Part shown: piece after piece, positions 1 through 13,545 of the stretch
How the letters are laid out: every line of letters starts with the position of its first letter
Position numbering within the stretch: position 1 is the first letter of the stretch
Assembly: GCF_037042905.1 (NCBI RefSeq)
Contig: NC_087252.1
Coordinates: forward strand, 16,246,001-16,310,000
From: Lytechinus pictus
Lineage: Eukaryota
Reading direction: 5' to 3'
DNA: 64,000 bases
The notes under the pieces: generated by a model
Database searches by the model: none
Told to the model about the DNA's origin: nothing
The model's input: the letters and a program-made list of their open reading frames with translations, nothing else
Program-made: the position numbers and the translations under genes

Positions 1-944
1 CACACACCACTAAGCCACAATTGCGTTACAATTATCCAACAACTATCCATTAATTATACCACTATATAGGCACATACTACTGAGACACCATATTGGGCAT
101 ATGGTATACCATTGATACAAATCATACCATTACACATATACCACTGAGACTATTGGATACCACTGAGACACCATTGGGTATATGGTATACCATTCACCAT
201 ACCAATCATATCATTATAGAGGCACATACTACTGAGACACCATTGAATACGACTGAGACACCATTGGGTATATGGTATACCATTCACCATACCAATCATA
301 CCATTAGAGGCACATATACTACTGAGAGTCTGAGACACCATTGTATACCACTGAGACACCATTGGATATGGTATACCATTCATCATACCAATCATACCAT
401 TAGAGGCACATACTACTGAGACACCATTGTATACCACTGAGACACCATTGGTATATGGTATACCATTCACCATACAAATCATACCATTAGAGGCACATAC
501 TACTGAGACACCATTGAATACCACTGAGACACCATTGGGTATATGGTATACCATTCATCATACCAATCATACCATTAGAGGCACATACTACTGAGACACC
601 ATTGTATACCACTGAGACACCATTGGGTATGGTATACCATTCATCATACCAATCATACCATTAGACACATACCACTGAGACACCATTGGGTATATGGTAT
701 ACCATTTACCATTAAATAAACTACCACTTACCATTAAGAACTTACCATTGAAACACCACTTAAATACCATTCGCGTACCATTTACCATTCAGATCACCAT
801 TCAACTACCATAAACTACCACTTACCATTAAGAACTTACCATTGAAACACCACTGAAATACCATTCGCGTACCATTTACCATTCAGATCACCATTCAACT
901 ACCATTCGCCACCATTCAAATACCATTGGCGATTTTTATAAGGG
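1..944. repeat. Minisatellite array (~88-bp unit, then two ~93-bp units), probably the right part of a non-autonomous DNA transposon whose other end lies outside the window
   Basis: Marker gaggcacatactactgag recurs near 218, 307, 402, 490 and 578. The array stops abruptly at ...ggcgatttttataaggg (944), a GGG end like that of the element at 10020-11714. Confidence 0.75.
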
Positions 945-2057
945 AATCTAAAGATGAGAACTATATATGTAAACAATGACTAGAAATATAGAGGAAATAC
1001 TGTACTATCAGAACTCGAATACTTAACATGTATTAGGATAAAACTTCTCTATACTACCAAGGAACATATATCTCCACTATACTACCAAGGAACATAAATA
1101 TTAAATAACTCAATCATTCTACTAATTGTATCTGAATAAACATGACACAAATAACTATCAGTAGGTATAACACCAATAAGATCTTGAAAAGTAAATATGA
1201 TATCCAAATCTATCAGAATATATATACTATAACATAGAAAGATAAGTGTTCTATACCAAAAGAAGTTTATGATTCAAGAAAGAAACTAAAGTATAATCAT
1301 ATTATTAATCTATATATTCTTATATCTTGGTCTCAACTATCAACAGAAAGATATAGAGTAAAACTTATAAGCAATCTTACCAATTGGAGGCTATAAGACT
1401 ATACACTTGGTTGCAATCAATACGAGAAATATCTTGACGGTCAACTGGAGTTCTCTCTTCTATGTCTTTACTACGAACTGAAGTTTCTTGGCTTTTTGCA
1501 TCTCTATTTAAAGGCTCTGAACTTCTGGTCAAGCCAGACTGCTCATTAGACAGTCTAATTAAAAGTTACAAGGAAGCTGGTACTGCCCAGCACTCTACAC
1601 AGAACAAAACAATGAACTTGACCATTCCTATACAAATTATAACAATGAAGGGTGGACGCGATGTTTGTCCATAGAATTAGCTTTCTGCACCTTTACTTTA
1701 ACACATAACCTGCCCTATGGAATTTCATGTAGAAAGAGATTAAGAAAATGCTAGAGTGCGAAATGAGAGACCTAGTGGAATATGAATTTAAACATAATAT
1801 CAAAATATATACATCATTGAAATTGCATAGAACTCACTGCACACTGCTGCAGTGACAACGGTTACATCAACATTTAAATCCATGGGGAAAAGGAGCTATG
1901 CCCATATGATTTATATGTGTAGATCTATACATATATAGAAAATAAATTATAACAATTATTCTAAAAATGAAGAAATAAATTATCAGCATCATGGTTATTA
2001 TGAAACTACTTGAAAATAATGCAATTGTGTTTTCTATCAATACATTGTGTCTCAGAT

Positions 2058-2243
2058 CAGGCGCGGATCCAGGATTTTCCAAAAGGGGGAGCCGGGGTGG
2101 ATAATTCAATTATTCAAAGGGGGGTACACTAGTGTTTTTTAACGGCATTTAACATTACAAATTTTAACTGTGCCTCTCAAAATTGGGGGGGGGGGGGGGG
2201 TCACGAGCCGGCTCTGCCCCCCTCCCACTTCGATCCGCCAGTG
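2058..2243. mobile_element. Short G-rich MITE (hAT-like)
   Basis: Inverted ends caggcgcggatcc / gatccgccagtg. Flanks tctcagat / tctcataa match 6/8 and may be a decayed 8-bp TSD. Confidence 0.6.
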
Positions 2244-2929
2244 TCTCATAATGCATTAGACACTGTGATATGGCCTGTAGGCCTATACGGGCCATGCACG
2301 GTTAACTTTCTTGACTTAATTTCTGAGGTCAACTTGAACATGTTATAAATTTGTTAATCAGGACTCCCTAGAACAATATGCCCAGGCCTACATGTTATTT
2401 TTTATATTCATCCCTTCCAAATCTTTAGAAAATAACAGTCATATTAGTGTATCGAAATGTTATGACCAAAGCAAAAACAATTGGGGATGTATCATTGGCC
2501 TGTATAGTATGCGCTATATTGATATTCCCATATTATATATGGGCATTTTTGTTCTCAGTTTCGTTAGATTTTTTGTTAATTTAAACTGTAATTTTGTACA
2601 TTCAATACTATTTAATTTTCCCATTTGCTTTCGCGCTCATATGTCATCATTTTGTTCCGTTTCTGTGCTATCACAGTACAGTGCCGGCCGCAGGAAACGT
2701 CACGCCCGAGCACGCAAACACCCTAGGGGGCTTTTGCGTCTAACCGAGGGTATTCAAGGGGAGCAGACGAGGGCGTTTTCCCGGGCCCGCAGTTTCCTGC
2801 GTGCTATATAATATTGGCCGTGCCCGCACTTATCCTCGGGTGCCCTAGGGTACGTACATTGCATTATGTTTACATGTGCATGTACTTTGGTTATCTTGTG
2901 ATAGACCATTATGTTTTTAAACTAGCGTG

Positions 2930-3478
2930 ATCGGAATCTATTGTAGATTATTATTTTTTTGTAGATGTTATTTTTTTTCTTTTTTTTTTAATTCTGTTTT
3001 CCCTTATTCCCTCTTTCCCTTTCTTCCTTCATGTTTTATTCTGTCTTTGTTTCTTTCAAATAATGAAGGAATTATTTTTATTTATTTCTCTTTTCCTCCA
3101 TTTTTCTTACTTTTCTCTTTTCTCTCCTTATGTTTTTTCTTTCACACATTTATTCATCTTCCCTTCCTTTATTTTAATTCTTTCTTTCCTTATTCATTAC
3201 AAGTAATGACGGAAACCGTTCTCTCTTTTATTCAAACTTTTTTCCTTTTAATTTTTCCTTATTTTTTTCTTTCGTCTCAATTCATTTCTTGTTTCCTCAT
3301 TATTTTCTCTTTTCTTTCTTCCGCTCACCCTCCCTTCCCCTTTCTTAATATATTTTGTTAACAAGTCTAACATTGTGTAGCCTTTTTGTTGATTTTTTGG
3401 CCTGGCTCGGTCGATCCGATGGTACATAGTGCTTTGTCGATTGTCCCGTATTTAATTTTGTGAAATCTGGTCAACCTG
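2930..3478 (+). mobile_element. Truncated copy of the hAT-like element seen at 37158-38330
   Basis: End gtcgattgtcccgtatttaattttgtgaaatctggtcaacctg nearly matches 38288-38330. Shares internal CT-rich text (aatgaagga, aatgacggaaacc). Confidence 0.7.
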
Positions 3479-4928
3479 GCTGGAACATCGAATTTATTGT
3501 ATTTCATTTACCGCAATGAATCTAATCAATTAATCTAATTTGATGCATTAGGTAAACTTTTTTTCCTTACGCCTTACGTGGGAGGCATACATGTATCATA
3601 CAAACTTGTTTTTAAAAAATAGGACACAATTGTGATTTAATGTCATGGAGATCACTTCTCTATCTTTTGGGATATTTTTTTTCCATACGCACCCATTCCT
3701 CTCCCTTCAGCGTAAACAATACACCTAATCCCATATCCTTATTGTGAATAGTGTAAGAACTAGAAAACATTTGAAACATTCTTCCCTGAGTTTAACGGGG
3801 TGCACAGGGTGGAATCCGGAAAGAAGAAAGAAAGGGATATCAACAAAAAATAATTAAAATAGACAAAAGGCATTAATAAGCAGACTTGATTTTTTTTGTA
3901 AATCAAAATTGACAAGTTATTAACAGAGTGAATGTTAACAAACATTAATGACAAACTTAAAATAAAACAGAATTATGAATATCAAGGGCATTTGCGAATT
4001 CTCATTATGTTAAAACAAACGTGCGGTCAATATTGGGATCGTCAATTCGTTGACATGGTTGATACAACCCTAATAAAGGGAATGAAAGGTGAAAACGAAT
4101 ACTAGTATGACCAAGATCATACAAAGTATACGTGCAAAAAGCAAACACCAGCAAAACTAGTTGTGCTCATCGATTTTTTATTTGGTTCTTTTGTTATTGT
4201 CAACAGTCTGGTAGAGTCTTGCTCCCCGCCCACACATTTGATCTCCTTTGATCACATCCGCTTCCCAATTTATGACAGGATGTTCATAGAAATGAGGAGG
4301 GGGGATTAATTTGTTGATACGCTAACAACAATAAATGAGGATGTTCTTTTCATTTCGGTTCAAATCGGATCTCTAAAACCCTCACCCTATAAAAAATATA
4401 AATTTACCTAAATGCAATAGATGTAACAGATTTATCTTTTTGCTAAAACATCTGATTACATTACCAGCTCTCTATTGCGGTTTTTAAGTTACATTGGTAG
4501 ATATTCGAATTGGGAAGAGATGAAAGTGGTGGAAATAATAAAGGAGAAGAAGGAAGAGGAGGATGAGAAAAATGAAGAGGGGTTGCAGCTTCATAGTGAG
4601 AACAACCACATATATTTCGCGCAATTTTATATAAAATTATAGATGGGATTAAAACGAATATTAATATCCCTGATACACCTACATGATGATAATAACACGA
4701 ATAATTGACGTCGAAGTAAAGATTAAACTATCATATTTACGAACTGCGGTTTTATATTGTTAGATTTGTCGGACATCAATTAAAGTTATAAACATTGTTT
4801 ATTTATTAATTTTATTTCAGTAAAGCAAGATTTTCCTTCGAAATATATTTTGTTATATGAATTGGAAATGATAAAACCAAGTCACAACTTGGTATAATAC
4901 AGAATTCAGTGTTATATGGCAGCTAAAA

Positions 4929-4990
4929 ATAATAATACATGACATTTGTAAAGCGCACTTTCCATCTTGATTGGATGCTCAATGCGCTCC
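4929..4990 (-). mobile_element. 3' tail fragment of an L2-type LINE or SINE
   Basis: Minus strand reads gagcgcattgagcat...gtgcgctttacaaatgtcatgtattattatt, the stem-loop plus (TAT)n tail typical of L2-dependent elements. Confidence 0.5.
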
Positions 4991-7900
4991 AGAGCAAAGC
5001 AGCAAAAGCTATTTACATAATGTAACTATTTAAAAAAATTCTAGCACATTTAGCTTCAATGTTTAAACACATATACCCAAGTAAAAGTATGTTTTCGAAG
5101 GCTACTATGACGTAGTGTGTGGAATGGGTACTTAACGAGTTAATTATCACTTGCCGACAAAGCAAGAATGGAGCTATACAAACCATTCTTTTGTTAAGAG
5201 TTTTGGTGGGTGCTCACGCAAACGCTAACTATCAAATCTAACAATTCTTTTCGGGGAACAACGGAATTAGTCAAGCCAAGTTAAAGAATGAAAGCCCCGT
5301 CCCGGTTCACCTCTATATAGTCGAAAATCCTTTTAATCATCGCGTGTGAGCATTACTGAGTAAAACAAGTTTCATAACTAAGTACCGCAGAACTATATGG
5401 TATCCATATTACCATGAAACAATAAGCCCCCTCTATTTTCTCTTTCTCCCCTTTCCCCTTCTTTTCTTCGCTCCCTTCTGCTTCTCTCACTTTTTCTATT
5501 TTCCTTCTCATTTTTCCTCCATCCCTTCCTATTTGCCTTTTTCTTTAATTTTTCTTTCTTGAATGAGCGGATGTTAATTGATGCAACGAGAGCAGGAAAT
5601 TGTGAGCAAGGTGAGAGAAAATAATTACAAGATTGAGCGCAAGAATGTTTAATACTTGTCATCAGCGTAAAAATGGGCAGATGCGAGTTACTAACGTATT
5701 TTCTGATATGAAAAACTGGACAATTTTATTATGTCTCCCTTCTTCATTTCATTTAATATCCCCCTCCTTATCATTCTCTCTTTCTCATTCTGTCCTTCCT
5801 TTTCTTCCTTTGACTCTTCTCCCCTTCGAATTTCAATCTATTTTTCTTTTCCCTATTTTCTTTCTGTCTCACCTTCCCTTTTTTTATCCCCTCTGTTTTC
5901 TTCTCGATTTTCACCTTTCCCTTATTTCTTTTCTTTACCCCCTCTCCCTCTTTCTCCTCTTCGCCCCCCCCCCCTATTTTCTCTTTCTCCCCTTTCCCCT
6001 TCTCTCACTTTTTTCTATTTCTCTTATCTCTTTCCTTCTCGTCTTCAATCCATCCCTTCATATTCGCCTTTTCTTTCATTTTTGGTTTCTTCTTCTCCCT
6101 TTTATCTGCATCTCGTAGATCCGCGCCTGAAAGGCATGTCAGGGTATATAAAAAGGATGACCATGCAGGGAAACAATAGAGTAAATAGTTATAGGACGAC
6201 CTCCGGAATGTAGGGTCAACATCGACAAATACCTGCTCCTTTGTCAGAAACTCATTTACAATCACGACTAACCATGTGAGTGAATGAAATAACGGACACC
6301 ACGGAAAGAATATTAATATATAGGAAAGGACCCTTTATACTGGTCCCAGTGTGTAATCGAACACAATAAGTAATTCGGTGAAAAAGCATAAAATCCTAGT
6401 TATCAACCCAAAACTTTGTAATTTTCATAACAGATTTTATCCACGATAAATATTCGAAAACTTATGCTTGATATGAGATAAAAATCACATGCAGTCTTGA
6501 ATGTGTCAAATCAGTCCTCTTCTTTCGACCAAGAATGCACGGCCGAACATCCTACAGAAACACCCTAGGATAGACGCGGGACTACCCTCGGGCGCTCCCC
6601 TAGGGCACTCATGTCCCAGGGGAGCGGACGCGGGCATCTTCCCTCGTCCGCTCCCCTCAAATGTCCGCTACGGGCTACCGCGTTCGCCCTAGGGGGCACT
6701 GTGACGTTTCCCGCGGCCGGCACTGTACATGCCCCATAGCCGGAATAGGTACTGTACGCGCATGGCAGGCTGCGAAGACCTATCGAGTAATGGCGGCCGG
6801 TCTCCGCGTAATCACAGCGATTTGACGAAGTACGCCCTCTAGCGTTATTATGGGGTAGACATATTCATATTGGTAGAAGGAGATAACTTTTCATTTTTTG
6901 AGGTTCCAGTCTGTGCCCAGATGTCAGGAAACTGCCACTCGTTAGACCTTCATCCATATAATCGTGTTAAGTGCATAATTTCTGTTTCCACAATTCATTT
7001 GGAGAAATATTTAGACCATAAATCACCCTAGTCCCGTGAGTATGGTCAAAGTCGCGAGCGGGGAAGGACGTGTCTCGGGGAGTTCCGCGTTTTTTGCTAG
7101 TTTTAGCCGAATGCTTTTGGTTTTAATTTATAAATTTGATATCGGCTTTTAGAGATTTTTGTGGGGCATCGAACGGGGCATTTTATTCAATTCGATTTAT
7201 AGGATTTTTGCAGTAAATTGCATTTTACAAAGTTTTTTCGGGGTTTTTGCAAAGATTTAAATTTTAAAAGTAAACCCATAAGCGTATGGATGCTTTATCT
7301 GCGCTTGTTTTATTTTGTACGTGCGCCTGTGGTTTGTATGATGTCACAATTGGACAATAATGAGTGGACAAGTTAAAATCACTTAAAGGAATATATCAGG
7401 AATATTTCAGAACCAAATTGTGTGCAAGTTATTTATCTTTTCTGTGAGTATGTTCCAATTTCATTTATAGTTTACTTAGGCCAAATTTTCTTTTTGTTCA
7501 CATTTTGTCATGTTATATGGTTACAGATCATTTCAAATGATCTGCTAACAAGTCTAAGTTTAAGTTAGCTTAGACTCTAGAGTAAATTTAGGACTTTGAT
7601 TTAACTTGCTGAGTGCTGAGTTTTCACATACGTATTTTTTATATTTATTTGTTTGTATATATATATTTATCTGTATCTATTTATTTGCTGATATCCATTT
7701 TCTTTTTGTTATGTTCATGCGTGGATGTTAATTGTGGTCACAATCAACCCATTGGCTACCTCGGTCTTCTTGGTGACTTATTATGCTAGAGCATCTGTGA
7801 ATAGTGTGCCGACAGGGAGAATAACATCCCTTAAACTGTGGGCGAACGGTGCAGCAAACAGTCACCGAGCATTACTGAGGTGGAGCTGGGATAAATGTGA

Positions 7901-8343
7901 CATAAAATTTTTGTAATTTCATCCCAGAAAACCACATTTTCAAACCCAAATAAACTATTTAGAGTCTACTTGGGTCTTTTGTTTTTTCTTTTCTTTCCTT
8001 TCCTTTTTGACTCTTTAAGTCTATAGAGTCTATTCCTGTTAAAGCATATTTGATTATGATGAGGTATAATAGTGGATCTGCTATTTGGTATTATTCAATT
8101 ATAGTAGGCCTATTATGTTGACTTTATTGATGTTTTAATTTACGTCAGCTTTGAGTATAAAATACATAGAATACCTTTGATTTTCTTTTTTTCTGCTGAT
8201 TAGATTGCAAATATATTCTTTAAGATGCAGAATAACTATGTTAGTTAAAATGGAAACTCTAAGTTTTAGCAGTCGTTGACAACCATCTTTTATGATTAGC
8301 CCTAACCAATATAGTTACTTGTCTGTTAGAGAAAGTAATCATC

Positions 8344-9874
8344 ATGATGAACAGGAATTCACTTTACTTGTTAATTCTTTCAACTACGTTTTTCAGTTGT
8401 TTTATTAGACGAGTAGAGACACAAAGACGGGAATCTTTATTTTGTCATGAGTCTCTAAACTTCAAGGCAGTTGACTGTCTTGAAAAGAGCATTATAAACA
8501 AATATCAACAAGTAAAGCAAGGCATTGCGATCAAGGTTGTTACACGAAGTAGGCGTTCATTATCAGTCCTTAAAGAGGTGAAATCTCACTCCTTACTTTA
8601 CATCACTCTACTACTTCTATAATTATCATCGGATGTGGAGCTAAATCCGGGCCCTTACCAACCCTAGTATCCTTGCCAAATCTGTCACAAGGGAGTGACA
8701 TGGGCCCAGAGAGGTGTTGCCTGCGATGTTTGTGATCATTGGTTCCACGTCAGTTGTATGCACATGTCAACCCCAGTCTACATCGCTCTCAATGGAAGCA
8801 ACGCTACATGGGAATGTACCAACTGCAGTATGCCACAGTTTTCTTCCAGTCTTTTCTCATCGTCTAGGAGTATTGATTTATCAAATTCATTCTCAAGTCT
8901 TGACCATTCATCACTCAGCAATTCTAGCGATTTACAATCAAGCATTGTACCAGGCAACATCGGATCTCCATTGATAAGCTCTTCTCCAAGACGGTCTTTA
9001 AATCATCGGAGAAATCGTAACAACATACCCAATCCCTCGAGTATTAAAGTTCTTACCATCAACTTCCAAAGTTTGAAGAACAAGAAGGAGGAATTGAATG
9101 CCCTCATCGATTGTGAGAAACCTGATGTTATTTTTGGAACAGAGACCTGGCTGAACAGTACAATTTTTAGTTCAGAGTTCTTCCCACCCTTCTTTGATGT
9201 TATCAGGAAAGACCGACAAGATGGCTACGGGGGAGTGTTATTAGCAATAAGAAATGATCTAATATACAAACAGATCCTGAAAGCCGAGGATGTAGAGCAA
9301 GTGTTCATAAAGGTTCATATTGGTCAGAAAAAAGATGTTGTGATTGGATCTCTTTATCGACCCCCAAACAGCGACCATCACTACTTGGATGAAATGTGTT
9401 CCTCAATCGAATCACTGTGTAGAGAAGAGAGGAAAGCTGTTATCTGGATTGGAGGGGACTTTAATCTGCCTGACATAGACTGGTCTTTACAGACAGTTTG
9501 TGGTAATAGGAATCCTGCTCAAATTAACAACAGGTTCTTGGATATGGTTCAAAATTGTACTCTCCAACAGATGGTATTATTCAAGACTAGAGAGGTCAAT
9601 ACCCTTGATCTTTTTCTCACCAATCGTCCATCCTTTGTTACGAAGTGTTCACCTCTTCCAGGCTTAGGGGATCATGACATTGTCCTGACAGTGTCCGACA
9701 TATCTGTCCGAAGAAAAAAACCGGTGAGGCGTAAGATTCATCTTTGGAAGAAGGCCAGTCTAGATGAAATGAAGAAGCGAGGAAAACTTTTCCAGCAAGA
9801 GTTCCTTGGGAAGTACCCTTCAACGGCAGACTCTGTTTCTGATATGTGGTATGACATCAAGACATCATTGTTAA
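8344..9874 (+). pseudogene. 5' half of a CR1-group non-LTR retrotransposon polyprotein: leader, 2A-like motif, PHD finger, APE endonuclease
   Basis: One frame from ATG 8344 with stops at 8620 and 8665. PHD CQIC...CDVCDHWFHVSC...WECTNC. APE motifs INFQSL, GTETWL, GYGGV, YRPP, GGDFNLP, LDLFLTN, GDHD. Confidence 0.93.
8632..8655 (+). other. 2A-like (StopGo) ribosome-skipping motif DVELNPGP
   Basis: gatgtggagctaaatccgggccct, in frame with the PHD-APE ORF. Matches D(V/I)ExNPGP and is preceded by the Leu-rich stretch LLYITLLLL. Confidence 0.85.
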
Positions 9875-10019
9875 AGGTATAGTGTATGATTGGTTGTTCT
9901 CAGAAATGGGCAATGAATCAATTTCAAAATTATTACATTAATTAAATACCTATATTATTGCTCGATTTTATCACGGAAAAAAAACTTGCATAACTTTTCT
10001 ATTTTCATGATATTGAGGG

Positions 10020-11714
10020 CCCAGGACCAAAATCCAATTGAAACCAGTTGGATTTCCAACTGGTTTCAATTGGTTTAAATTGGTTTTAACTGGTTTCAAT
10101 TGGTTTTAACTGGAATTTAACAATTTCCAGTTGAAACCAATTGAAACCAGTTGGGCAACTGGTAATCCTAACTGGAACCAGTTGGGTAACTGGAAATGAC
10201 TTCCAATTGGAAATGATTTCTAACTGGAACCAGTTAAGTAACTGGAAATCCCAACTGGAACCAGTTGGGCAACTGGAAATCCTAACTGGAACCAGTTGGG
10301 CAACTGGAAATCCTAACTGGAACCAGTTGGGTAACTGGAAATGATTTCTAACTGGAACCAGTTGAGTAACTGGAAATCCCAACTGGAACCAGTTGGGCAA
10401 CTGGAAATCCTAACTGGAACCAGTTGGGCAACTGGAAATCCTAACTGGAACCAGTTGGGTAACTGGAAATGACTTCCAACTGGAAATGATTTCTAACTGG
10501 AACCAGTTGGGTAACTGGAAATCCTAACTGGAACCAGTTGGGTAACTGGAAATGACTTCCAATTGGAAATGATTTCTAACTGGAACCAGTTGAGTAACTG
10601 GAAATCCCAACTGGCAACTGGAAATCCTAACTGGAACCAGTTGGGTAACTGGAAATGACTTCCAACTGGAAATGATTTCTAACTGGAACCAGTTGGGTAA
10701 CTGGAATTCCTAACTTGAACCATGCAGTTGTGTAACTGGAAATCCTAACTGGTACCAATTGGGTAACTGGAGATGACTTCTAACTGGAAAGATGGGTAAT
10801 TGGAAATGAAGAAATGAATTCTAATTGGAACCAGTTGGGTAACTGGAAATAAAACTGGAACCAGTTGGGTAACTGGAAATGATTTCCAATTGGTTTCCAA
10901 TTGGAAATTTTCCAGTTACCCAACTGGATCCAATTGAAACCAGTTAATTTGCATATTATCTGCCAGTGTGCACAGATTAATGTTTTATGAGATCCATCAT
11001 CATTAACAATGTATCTATTTAATTCTTTTCAATTTCAATTGCCACACTTTTTAAAGATAAGTATTTAGAATACTTAGCAGTGAAAACCATGTTCATAAAT
11101 GTTATAGATTATAATTAAAACAGATTAAAGGATAATTAGTACACCACTAACTGTTACCAAATTACATCAAATAAAAATACATATATTTGAAGATCTTCCA
11201 TATAATATATACATATGAAAGTCTGTATTTTATCAATGCCCTTTACATTGGTATTAATAGACATATAATACTGCTTCTGTGTTGGCAAATGAGCAATAGT
11301 TAGTGCAAATGCTAATTAATTTGTAACTAATTAAGTTCATTCCAATTAGTTCTAATTGGATCCAGTTGGAAACCAATTGGTTTCAACTGGTTCCAGTTGA
11401 AACCAGTTGCCTCCAATTGGTTTCAACTGGAACCAATTGAAACCAGTTGCCGCCAATTGGATTCAATTGGTTTTAATAGGGAAATTGGAACAACTGCACC
11501 AATTGCCAACTGGTTCCAGTTGCCCAATTGGTTTTAACTGGAACCAATTGGCAACTGGTTTTCAATTGGAACCAATTGGTTTTAACTGGAACCAATTGGC
11601 AACTGGTTTTCAATTGGAACCAGTTGTTCCAATTTCCCTATTGAATTAACCAGTTGGCCAACTGGTTTCAATTGGTTTTGCCCTAATTGGTTTTAACTGG
11701 ATTTTGGTCCTGGG
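10020..11714. mobile_element. Non-autonomous element with CCC termini (EnSpm/CACTA-like) filled with ~29-bp aactggaaccagttggg subrepeats
   Basis: 17-bp perfect TIR cccaggaccaaaatcca / tggattttggtcctggg. GG(G) on both flanks (2-3-bp TSD). Subrepeat arrays at ~10035-10945 and ~11340-11700. Confidence 0.85.
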
Positions 11715-11824
11715 GGGTGAAACATGTATTATATATTTATCGGTTAACCGTTTATACTTAGGACCTTTCTATTGACGCCCTCTCGGGTTAAAAAATAAAT
11801 TGATCTTAGAACACTGTTCGAATA

Positions 11825-12052
11825 ATGCATATTCATTACGACGTCATGCATATTGATGAATACGTCATCGCGCATGCGCAGTATCTAGAAATCCCCGTAT
11901 GTGTGTAGCTGAGAAAGCAAACGTCGAACGGTGCGTGCAAGCTCAAAGCGCCGATGCCAGCCGGCTAGCGACTTGTTTACGCTTTGCACACAAGCTACCG
12001 GTTCACATCACAGTCACAGGACATTATCATCGCATGCAAAGTACGTGAGTAT
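11825..12052 (+). promoter_or_regulatory. Candidate CpG-rich promoter or first exon inside the left end of the Kolobok-like element
   Basis: gacgtca/tacgtca motifs, gcgcatgcgc (NRF1-like), local CpG enrichment and donor-like gtgagt near 12045. Confidence 0.3.
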
Positions 12053-13382
12053 AGTCTACACATATAGACCGAATAGTGCGTGTATGCGAGTATCGATGCA
12101 CGTTTTGGAATTTTAATTCACAAGCAGATGATGAGCAGATAAAATTGAGGGATGGGGCAGACATGACGTACTCGGCAAGATTTCAACAACAACAAAAAAC
12201 AGTGACAAAATAGCTATTAATTTTGCAGCCCTGCAAGGAAACTTGCATCTCGATTTTTAATAATGAGAAGTTCAGTATTGCTCAGCAGTAAAAGTGTGAT
12301 TTTTATCTGGGGATATATATATACAGGACCGAACTCTGTGCTATAGACCCAGAGTTATTAATTCTTCTTTATTTGCTTGTTTAAAAAGCACAGTCACATG
12401 CAATCATAAAAATATACACAAAGTACAAATAATAACATGAGTACAGGCAATTAAGATACAATGTGTATTTGGGTCTCATTCCTAAGACGGTATTTACAAT
12501 GAACGCGTGGGGAATCCGGGAAGCAAGGTTCGTGAAGAAGACTACGCAAACTTGGAGAAGCAGAAGAGAACAGACCAACGTAATGTGTAAGCATGGAGCT
12601 ATTTATAGCCCCATGGTGTATGATTTGTGTATCAATTTCGAGGAGATCAACTCGCTCACACACACTCATGCGAGCCCATGAGCCGGAAAGTTGGGGGCGG
12701 CAGAAGAGAGGGTGGTAGCCTTATTACCAATGGACAGATCTAAAGCTATATTCTATGGACGGATGGAGCAATCTCCTTGGATGGAGAAATGACTGAAGAT
12801 CGAGTGAAGAGAATGAATGATGGATTGATAGCTGGGCCTGGGTATGGGTGTATTGTATCATCCGCCCGATCATCCGATGGATAGGCCTACTGATAATCCC
12901 CCAGGATGGACGGATTGAATGGATGAACGAATGGATACCAATGATAAAATGATGAAATAAAATGAATTGGTGGCTGGACAGATGAGCTGGTCATGTAGAA
13001 AAATAGCAGAAAATACGCATTCGCTCTATGTTTATTTGAGAAAAAAATGTAAATGACTGCTTGTACGTGCTTGGCGGTGAAAATGACAATTACACGGCTC
13101 ACACTTTGTTTGGGGGCATGAGAGGAACCACTTGCTACGGTCATCGCAAATAGATTCTCTGCCTCTTTACAAAATGAAATGGAAGTTACAGCACTGTTAG
13201 GTATATATGGGTTTCGGGATGGGTTTACCCCACTTATGCGTACATGATATGATCTTGGTACAGGTAGAGGCAGCTGCATGCATTGGCCTTAAGTTTTTTT
13301 CACAGTCTTACGGATTAGACGTAGGCCTATAGCTACAGTTTCGTGTTCTACCAGTGGTATGGGGTAATAGGTACGGCAATAT

Positions 13383-13545
13383 GGGTCGCGGAACAGTTTT
13401 CAAAGTGGGGGGGGGGCTGACCATTCAAAATATCACAATCCTAATGTCATTTTTACGTTTTTTGTACACTGTTTTGGAAATAAGTGAGGGGGCCGGGGGG
13501 CTGAATTCCCCCAGCCCCCCCCGGACCCGCTTCCGCGGCCCCTGA
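13383..13545. mobile_element. G-rich MITE; related copy at ~15739-15873
   Basis: Inverted ends gggtcgcggaa / ttccgcggcccctg. Internal poly-G and the shared tttttacgtttttt core. Confidence 0.55.

Larger units (their letters stand above)
2679..6725. mobile_element. 4.0-kb non-autonomous DNA transposon, Tc1/mariner-like ends
   Basis: TIRs cagtgccggccgcaggaaacgtcac / gtgacgtttcccgcggccggcactg (24/25). TA on both sides (2677-78, 6726-27). ccctaggg subterminal motifs at both ends. No transposase ORF inside. Confidence 0.85.

Noticed and set aside
93..788. ORFs at the window start
   Set aside because: They are translations of the minisatellite on both strands.
7383..8223. Possible small Kolobok MITE (ttaaaggaatatat ... 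atatattctttaa)
   Set aside because: The match is short, AT-rich and needs a gap, so it cannot be distinguished from chance.
10035..10945. Regular ~29-bp semi-palindromic repeats resembling a CRISPR array
   Set aside because: No unique spacers, no cas genes, eukaryotic context, and the array is bounded by transposon TIRs.
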